DNA of 64,000 nt, from NCBI GenBank assembly GCA_964016885.1, contig OZ024747.1:62496001-62560000 (forward strand), given 5' to 3'. Each line of letters opens with the position of its first letter. Position 1 is the first letter of the stretch. Shown here one piece after another: positions 54,201 to 64,000 of the stretch. The notes beneath the pieces are model-generated. The model was not told the origin of the DNA. It made no database searches and saw nothing but the letters and a program-made list of their open reading frames with translations. Both the position numbers and the translations under genes were made by a program. Source of the stretch: Eledone cirrhosa. Taxonomy: Eukaryota.

Positions 54201-57200
54201 CAGGTATTAAGACAGAACAGATACCCAGGCATTAAGACAGAACAGATACCCAGGTATTAAGACAGAACAGATACCCAGGTATTAAGACAGAACAGATACC
54301 CAGACATTAAGACAGAACAGATACCCAGACATTAAGACAGAACAGATACCCAGGTATTAAGACAGAACAGATACCCAGGCATTAAGACAGAACAGATACG
54401 CAGGTATTAAGACAGAACAGATACCCAGGCATTAAGACAGAACAGATACCCAGGTATTAAGACAGAACAGGTACCCAGACATTAAGACAGAACAGATACC
54501 CAGGTATTAAGACAGAACAGATACCCAGGTATTAAGACAGAACAGATACCCAGGCATTAAGACAGAACAGATACCCAGGTATTAAGACAGAACAGATACC
54601 CAGGCATTAAGACAGAACAGATACCCAGGTATTAAGACAGAACAGATACCCAGGTATTAAGACAGAACAGAGACCCAGACATTAAGTCAGAACAGATACC
54701 CAGGTATTAAGACAGAACAGATACCCAGACATTAAGACAGAACAGATACCCAGGTATTAAGACAGAACAGGTACCCAGACATTAAGACAGAACAGATACC
54801 CAGGTATTAAGACAGAACAGAGACCCAGACATTAAGTCAGAACAGATACCCAGGTATTAAGACAGAACAGATACCCAGGTATTAAGACAGAACAGATACC
54901 GAGGTGTTAAGACAGAACAGATACCCAGGCATTAAGACAGAACAGATACCCAGGCATTAAGACAGAACAGATACCCAGGTATTAAGACAGAACAGATACC
55001 GAGGTGTTAAGACAGAACAGATACCCAGGCATTAAGACAGAACAGATACCCAGGTATTAAGACAGAACAGATACCCAGGTATTAAGACAGAACAGATACC
55101 CAGGCATTAAGACAGAACAGATACCCAGGTATTAAGACAGAACAGATACCCAGACATTAAGTCAGAACAGATACCGAGGTATTAAGACAGAACAGATACC
55201 CACACATTAAGACAGAACAGATACCCAGGCATTAAGACAGAACAGATACCCAGGTATTAAGACAGAACAGATACCCAGACATTAAGTCAGAACAGATACC
55301 GAGGTATTAAGACAGAACAGATACCCAGACATTAAGACAGAACAGATATCCAGGCATTAAGACAGAACAGATACCCAGGTATTAAGACAGAACAGAGACC
55401 CAGACATTAAGTCAGAACAGATACCCAGGTATTAAGACAGAACAGATACCCAGACATTAAGACAGAACAGATACCCAGGTATTAAGACAGAACAGATACC
55501 CAGACATTAAGACAGAACAGATACCCAGGTATTAAGACGGAACAGAGACCCAGACATTAAGTCAGAACAGATACCCAGGTATTAAGACAGAACAGATACC
55601 CAGACATTAAGTCAGAACAGATACCCAGGTATTAAGACAGAACAGATACCCAGGCATTAAGACAGAACAGATACCCAGGCATTAAGACAGAACAGATACC
55701 CAGGCATTAAGACAGAACAGATACCCAGGTATTAAGACAGAACAGATACCCAGGTATTAAGACAGAACAGATACCCAGACATTAAGACAGAACAGATACC
55801 CAGACATTAAGACAGAACAGATACCCAGGTATTAAGACAGAACAGATACCCAGGCATTAAGACAGAACAGATACGCAGGTATTAAGACAGAACAGATACC
55901 CAGGCATTAAGACAGAACAGATACCCAGGTATTAAGACAGAACAGGTACCCAGACATTAAGACAGAACAGATACCCAGGTATTAAGACAGAACAGATACC
56001 CAGGTATTAAGACAGAACAGATACCCAGGCATTAAGACAGAACAGATACCCAGGTATTAAGACAGAACAGATACCCAGGCATTAAGACAGAACAGATACC
56101 CAGGTATTAAGACAGAACAGAGACCCAGACATTAAGTCAGAACAGATACCCAGGTATTAAGACAGAACAGATACCCAGACATTAAGACAGAACAGATACC
56201 CAGGTATTAAGACAGAACAGGTACCCAGACATTAAGACAGAACAGATACCCAGGTATTAAGACAGAACAGAGACCCAGACATTAAGTCAGAACAGATACC
56301 CAGGTATTAAGACAGAACAGATACCCAGGTATTAAGACAGAACAGATACCGAGGTGTTAAGACAGAACAGATACCCAGGCATTAAGACAGAACAGATACC
56401 CAGGCATTAAGACAGAACAGATACCCAGGTATTAAGACAGAACAGATACCGAGGTGTTAAGACAGAACAGATACCCAGGCATTAAGACAGAACAGATACC
56501 CAGGTATTAAGACAGAACAGATACCCAGGTATTAAGACAGAACAGATACCCAGGCATTAAGACAGAACAGATACCCAGGTATTAAGACAGAACAGATACC
56601 CAGACATTAAGTCAGAACAGATACCGAGGTATTAAGACAGAACAGATACCCACACATTAAGACAGAACAGATACCCAGGCATTAAGACAGAACAGATACC
56701 CAGGTATTAAGACAGAACAGAGACCCAGACATTAAGTCAGAACAGATACCCAGGTATTAAGACAGAACAGATACCCAGACATTAAGACAGAACAGATACC
56801 CAGGTATTAAGACAGAACAGGTACCCAGACATTAAGACAGAACAGATACCCAGGTATTAAGACAGAACAGAGACCCAGACATTAAGTCAGAACAGATACC
56901 CAGGTATTAAGACAGAACAGATATCCAGGTATTAAGACAGAACAGATACCGAGGTGTTAAGACAGAACAGACACCCAGGCATTAAGACAGAACAGATACC
57001 CAGGCATTAAGACAGAACAGATACCCAGGGATTAAGACAGAACAGATACCGAGGTGTTAAGACAGAACAGATACCCAGGCATTAAGACAGAACAGATACC
57101 CAGGTATTAAGACAGAACAGATACCCAGGTATTAAGACAGAACAGATACCCAGGCATTAAGACAGAACAGATACCCAGGTATTAAGACAGAACAGATACC

Positions 57201-60200
57201 CAGACATTAAGTCAGAACAGATACCGAGGTATTAAGACAGAACAGATACCCAGACATTAAGACAGAACAGATACCCAGGCATTAAGACAGAACAGATACC
57301 CAGGTATTAAGACAGAACAGAGACCCAGACATTAAGTCAGAACAGATACCCAGGTATTAAGACAGAACAGATACCCAGACATTAAGACAGAACAGATACC
57401 CAGGTATTAAGACAGAACAGATACCCAGACATTAAGACAGAACAGATACCCAGGTATTAAGACAGAACAGATACCCAGACATTAAGTCAGAACAGATACC
57501 CAGGTATTAAGACAGAACAGATACCCAGGTATTAAGACAGAGCAGATACCCAGGCATTAAGACAGAACAGATACCCAGGTATTAAGACAGAACAGATACC
57601 CAGGTATTAAGACAGAACAGATACCCAGACATTAAGACAGAACAGATACCCAGACATTAAGACAGAACAGATACCCAGGTGTTAAGACAGAACAGATACC
57701 CAGGTGTTAAGACAGAACAGATACCCAGGTGTTAAGACAGAACAGATACCCAGGCATTAAAACAGAACAGATACCCAGACATTAAAACAGAACAGATACC
57801 CAGGTGTTAAGACAGAACAGATACCCAGGTGTTAAGACAGAACAGATACCCAGGTGTTAAGACAGAACAGATACCCAGACATTAAAACAGAACAGATACC
57901 CAGACATTAAAACAGAACAGATACCCAGACATTAAGTCATAACAGATACCCAGGTATTAAGACAGAACAGATACCCAGGTGTTAAGACAGAACAGATACC
58001 CAGGCATTAAGACAGAACAGATACCCAGGTATTAAGACAGAACAGATACCCAGGCATTAAGACAGAACAGATACCCAGACATTAAGACAGAACAGATACC
58101 CAGGCATTAAGACAGAACAGATACCCAGGCATTAAGACAGAACAGATACCCAGGTATTAAGACACAACAGATACCCAGGTATTAAGACAGAACAGATACC
58201 CAGGCATTAAGACAGAACAGATACCCAGGTGTTAAGACAGAACAGATACCCAGGTGTTAAGACAGAACAGATACCCAGACATTAAAACAGAACAGATACC
58301 CAGGTGTTAAGACAGAACAGATACCCAGACATTAAAACAGAACAGATACCCAGGTGTTAAGACAGAACAGATACCCAGGTGTTAAGACAGAACAGATACC
58401 CAGGCATTAAGACAGAACAGATACCCAGGTGTTAAGACAGAACAGATACCCAGGTGTTAAGACAGAACAGATACCCAGGTGTTAAGACAGAACAGATACC
58501 CAGACATTAAAACAGAACAGATACCCAGGTGTTAAGACAGAACAGATACCCAGGTGTTAAGACAGAACAGATACCCAGACATTAAGACAGAACAGATACC
58601 CAGGTATTAAGACAGAACAGATACCCAGGTGTTAAGACAGAACAGATACCCAAGTATTAAGACAGAACAGATACCGAGGTGTTAAGACAGAACAGATACC
58701 CAGGTATTAAGACAGAACAGATACTCAGGCATTAAGACAGAACAGATACCCAGGTGTTAAGACAGAACAGATACCCAGGTGTTAAGACAGAACAGATACC
58801 CAGGTGTTAAGACAGAACAGATACCCAGACATTAAAACAGAACAGATACCCAGGTGTTAAGACAGAACAGATACCCAGGTGTTAAGACAGAACAGATACC
58901 CAGACATTAAGACAGAACAGATACCCAGGTATTAAGACAGAACAGATACCCAGGTGTTAAGACAGAACAGATACCCAAGTATTAAGACAGAACAGATACC
59001 GAGGTGTTAAGACAGAACAGATACCCAGGTATTAAGACAGAACAGATACTCAGGCATTAAGACAGAACAGATACCCAGGTATTAAGACAGAACAGATACC
59101 CAGACATTAAAACAGAACAGATACCCAGACATTAAGACAGAACAGATACCCAGGCATTAAGACAGAACAGATACCGAGGTTTTAAGACAGAACAGATACC
59201 CAGAGATTAAGACAGAACAGATACCCAGGTATTAAGACAGAACAGATACCCAGGTATTAAGACAGAACAGATACCCAGGCATTAAGACAGAACAGATACC
59301 GAGGTGTTAAGACAGAACAGATACCCAGGTATTAAGACAGAACAGATACCCAGGCATTAAGACAGAACAGATACCCAGGCATTAAGACAGAACAGATACC
59401 CAGGTATTAAGACAGAACAGATACCGAGGTGTTAAGACAGAACAGATACCCAGGTATTAAGACAGAACAGATACCCAGGCGTTAAGACAGAACAGATACC
59501 CAGGTATTAAGACAGAACAGATACCCAGGTATTAAGACAGAACAGATACCCAGGTATTAAGACAGAACAGATACCCAGGCATTAAGACAGAACAGATACC
59601 CAGGTATTAAGACAGAACAGATACCGAGGTGTTAAGACAGAACAGATACCCAGGTATTAAGACAGAACAGATACCCAGGCGTTAAGACAGAACAGATACC
59701 CAGGTATTAAGACGGAACAGATACCCAGGTATTAAGACAGAACAGATACCCAGGTGTTAAGACAACAGATACCCAGGCATTAAGACAGAACAGATACCCA
59801 GGTGTTAAGACAACAGATACCCAGGCATTAAGACAGAACAGATACCCAGGTATTAAGACAACTGATACCCAGGTATTAGGACAGAACAGATACCCAGGTA
59901 TTAAGACAGAACAGATACCCAGGTATTAAGACAACTGATACCGAGGTGTTAAGACAGAACAGATACCCAGGTATTAAGACAACTGATACCGAGGTGTTAA
60001 GACAGAACAGATACCCAGGTATTAAGACAGAACAGATACTCAGACATTAAGACAGAACAGATACCCAGGTGTTAAGACAACAGATACCCGGGTATTAAGA
60101 CAGAACAGATACCCAGGCATTAAGACAGAACAGATACCCAGGCATTAAGACAGAACAGATACCCAGGCATTAAGACAGAACAGATACCCAGACATTAAGA

Positions 60201-63200
60201 CAACTGATACCCAGGCATTAAGACAGAACAGATACCGAGGTGTTAAGACAGAACAGATACCCAGGCATTAAGACAGAACAGATACCCAGGCATTAAGACA
60301 GAACAGATACCCAGGCATTAAGACAGAACAGATACCCAGACATTAAGACAACTGATACCCAGGCATTAAGGCAGAACAGATACCGAGGTGTTAAGACAGA
60401 ACAGATACCCAGGCATTAAGACAGAACAGATACCCAGGTATTAAGACAGAACAGATACCCAGGCATTAAGACAGAACAGATACCCAGGTATTAAGACAGA
60501 ACAGATACCGAGGTGTTAAGACAGAACAGATACCCAGGCATTAAGACAGAACAGATACCCAGGTATTAAGACAGAACAGATACCCAGGCATTAAGACAGA
60601 ACAGATACCCAGGCATTAAGACAGAACAGATACCCAGGTATTAAGACAGAACAGATACCGAGGTGTTAAGACAGAACAGATACCCAGGCATTAAGACAGA
60701 ACAGATACCCAGGTATTAAGACAGAACAGATACCCAGGTATTAAGACAGAACAGATACCGAGGTGTTAAGACAGAACAGATACCCAGGTATTAAGACAGA
60801 ACAGATACCCAGGCATTAAGACAGAACAGATACCCAGACATTAAGACAGAACAGATACCCAGGTATTAAGACAGAACAGATACCCAGGCATTAAGACAGA
60901 ACAGATACCCAGGTATTAAGACAGAACAGATACCGAGGTGTTAAGACAGAACAGATACCCAGGTATTAAGACAGAACAGATACCCAGGCATTAAGACAGA
61001 ACAGATACCCAGGTATTAAGACAGAACAGATACCCAGGTATTAAGACAGAACAGATACCCAGGTATTAAGACAGAACAGATACCCAGGTATTAAGACAGA
61101 ACAGATACCGAGGTGTTAAGACAGAACAGATACCCAGGCATTAAGACAGAACAGATACCCAGGCATTAAGACAGAACAGATACCCAGGCATTAAGACAGA
61201 ACAGATACCCAGGTATTAAGACAGAACAGATACCGAGGTGTTAAGACAGAACAGATACCGAGGTGTTAAGACAGAACAGATACCCAGGTATTAAGACAGA
61301 ACAGATACCCAGACATTAAGACAGAACAGATACCCAGGCATTAAGACAGAACAGATACCTAGACATTAAGACAGAACAGATACCCAGGTATTAAGACAGA
61401 ACAGATACCCAGGTATTAAGACAGAACAGATACCGAGGTGTTAAGACAGAACAGATACCCAGGTATTAAGACAGAACAGATACCCAGGCATTAAGACAGA
61501 ACAGATACCCAGGTATTAAGACAGAACAGATACCGAGGTGTTAAGACAGAACAGATACCCAGGTATTAAGACAGAACAGATACCCAGGCATTAAGACAGA
61601 ACAGATACCCAGACATTAAGACAGAACAGATACCCAGGTGTTAAGACAGAACAGATACCCAGACATTAAGACAGAACAGATACCCAGGTATTAAGACAGA
61701 ACAGATACCCAGGTGTTAAGACAGAACAGATACCCAGGTATTAAGACAGAACAGATACCGAGGTGTTAAGACAGAACAGATACCCAGGTATTAAGACAGA
61801 ACAGATACTCAGGCATTAAGACAGAACAGATACCCAGGTATTAAGACAGAACAGATACCCAGACATTAAAACAGAACAGATACCCAGACATTAAGACAGA
61901 ACAGATACCCAGGTATTAAGACAGAACAGATACCCAGGCATTAAGACAACAGATACCGAGGTTTTAAGACAGAACAGATACCCAGACATTAAGACAGAAC
62001 AGATACCCAGACATTAAGACAGAACAGATACCCAGGTATTAAGACAGAACAGATACCCAGGCATTAAGACAGAACAGATACCGAGGTGTTAAGACAGAAC
62101 AGATACCCAGGCATTAAGACAGAACAGATACCCAGGCATTAAGACAGAACAGATACCGAGGTGTTAAGACAGAACAGATACCCAGGTATTAAGACAGAAC
62201 AGATACCCAGGCGTTAAGACAGAACAGATACCCAGGTATTAAGACAGAACAGATACCCAGGTATTAAGACAGAACAGATACCCAGGTATTAAGACAGAAC
62301 AGATACCCAGGCATTAAGACAGAACAGATACCCAGGTATTAAGACAGAACAGATACCGAGGTGTTAAGACAGAACAGATACCCAGGTATTAAGACAGAAC
62401 AGATACCCAGGCGTTAAGACAGAACAGATACCCAGGTATTAAGACGGAACAGATACCCAGGTATTAAGACAGAACAGATACCCAGGTGTTAAGACAACAG
62501 ATACCCAGGCATTAAGACAGAACAGATACCCAGGTGTTAAGACAACAGATACCCAGGCATTAAGACAGAACAGATACCCAGGTATTAAGACAACTGATAC
62601 CCAGGTATTAGGACAGAACAGATACCCAGGTATTAAGACAGAACAGATACCCAGGTATTAAGACAACTGATACCGAGGTGTTAAGACAGAACAGATACCC
62701 AGGTATTAAGACAACTGATACCGAGGTGTTAAGACAGAACAGATACCCAGGTATTAAGACAGAACAGATACTCAGACATTAAGACAGAACAGATACCCAG
62801 GTGTTAAGACAACAGATACCCGGGTATTAAGACAGAACAGATACCCAGGCATTAAGACAGAACAGATACCCAGGCATTAAGACAGAACAGATACCCAGAC
62901 ATTAAGACAACTGATACCCAGGCATTAAGACAGAACAGATACCGAGGTGTTAAGACAGAACAGATACCCAGGCATTAAGACAGAACAGATACCCAGGCAT
63001 TAAGACAGAACAGATACCCAGGCATTAAGACAGAACAGATACCCAGACATTAAGACAACTGATACCCAGGCATTAAGGCAGAACAGATACCGAGGTGTTA
63101 AGACAGAACAGATACCCAGGCATTAAGACAGAACAGATACCCAGGTATTAAGACAGAACAGATACCCAGGCATTAAGACAGAACAGATACCCAGGTATTA

Positions 63201-64000
63201 AGACAGAACAGATACCGAGGTGTTAAGACAGAACAGATACCCAGGCATTAAGACAGAACAGATACCCAGGTATTAAGACAGAACAGATACCCAGGCATTA
63301 AGACAGAACAGATACCCAGGCATTAAGACAGAACAGATACCCAGGTATTAAGACAGAACAGATACCGAGGTGTTAAGACAGAACAGATACCCAGGCATTA
63401 AGACAGAACAGATACCCAGGTATTAAGACAGAACAGATACCCAGGTATTAAGACAGAACAGATACCGAGGTGTTAAGACAGAACAGATACCCAGGTATTA
63501 AGACAGAACAGATACCCAGGCATTAAGACAGAACAGATACCCAGACATTAAGACAGAACAGATACCCAGGTATTAAGACAGAACAGATACCCAGGCATTA
63601 AGACAGAACAGATACCCAGGTATTAAGACAGAACAGATACCGAGGTGTTAAGACAGAACAGATACCCAGGTATTAAGACAGAACAGATACCCAGGCATTA
63701 AGACAGAACAGATACCCAGGTATTAAGACAGAACAGATACCCAGGTATTAAGACAGAACAGATACCCAGGTATTAAGACAGAACAGATACCCAGGTATTA
63801 AGACAGAACAGATACCGAGGTGTTAAGACAGAACAGATACCCAGGCATTAAGACAGAACAGATACCCAGGCATTAAGACAGAACAGATACCCAGGCATTA
63901 AGACAGAACAGATACCCAGGTATTAAGACAGAACAGATACCGAGGTGTTAAGACAGAACAGATACCGAGGTGTTAAGACAGAACAGATACCCAGGTATTA
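51252..64000. repeat. 25-bp satellite array (about 500 units, continues past the window end)
   Basis: Unit TTAAGACAGAACAGATACCCAGGTA with recurrent variants (GGCA, GACA, GGTG, CCGAG, AGTCAG, 2-bp deletion). Confidence 0.99.

Noticed and set aside
51252-64000. CRISPR-like array
   Set aside because: Units are contiguous with no unique spacers, there are no cas genes, and the context is eukaryotic. It is a satellite.

Overview
AT-rich, gene-poor eukaryotic DNA, saturated with (TA)n/(CA)n microsatellites. The SINE families and repeat landscape suggest a cephalopod such as Octopus; this is an inference. No intact host protein-coding gene is supported, and nearly all ORF-track entries are microsatellite artefacts. 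Recognisable content: 5'-truncated non-LTR retrotransposons (RTE/RTEX-like RT, CR1-like, L1/Tx1-like, CRE-like, R4/NeSL-like); a Neptune-type Penelope-like element with a GIY-YIG endonuclease ORF; many tRNA-derived SINEs of two families; MITE/HINE-like DNA elements; a 48-bp minisatellite; and a 12.7-kb array of a 25-bp satellite with higher-order structure. The main hidden signal is a dense set of type I hammerhead ribozymes, found by reading the sequence by eye: six complete cores, about five degenerate cores and many 3' half-ribozymes. They belong to several sequence families and sit in short Penelope-like units in or beside (TA)n tracts. Many of these units are fold-backs whose symmetry axis falls in or next to the ribozyme core or stem II, and they share a GAGYAC motif downstream of the cleavage site. 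Ribozyme activity is predicted from structure only.
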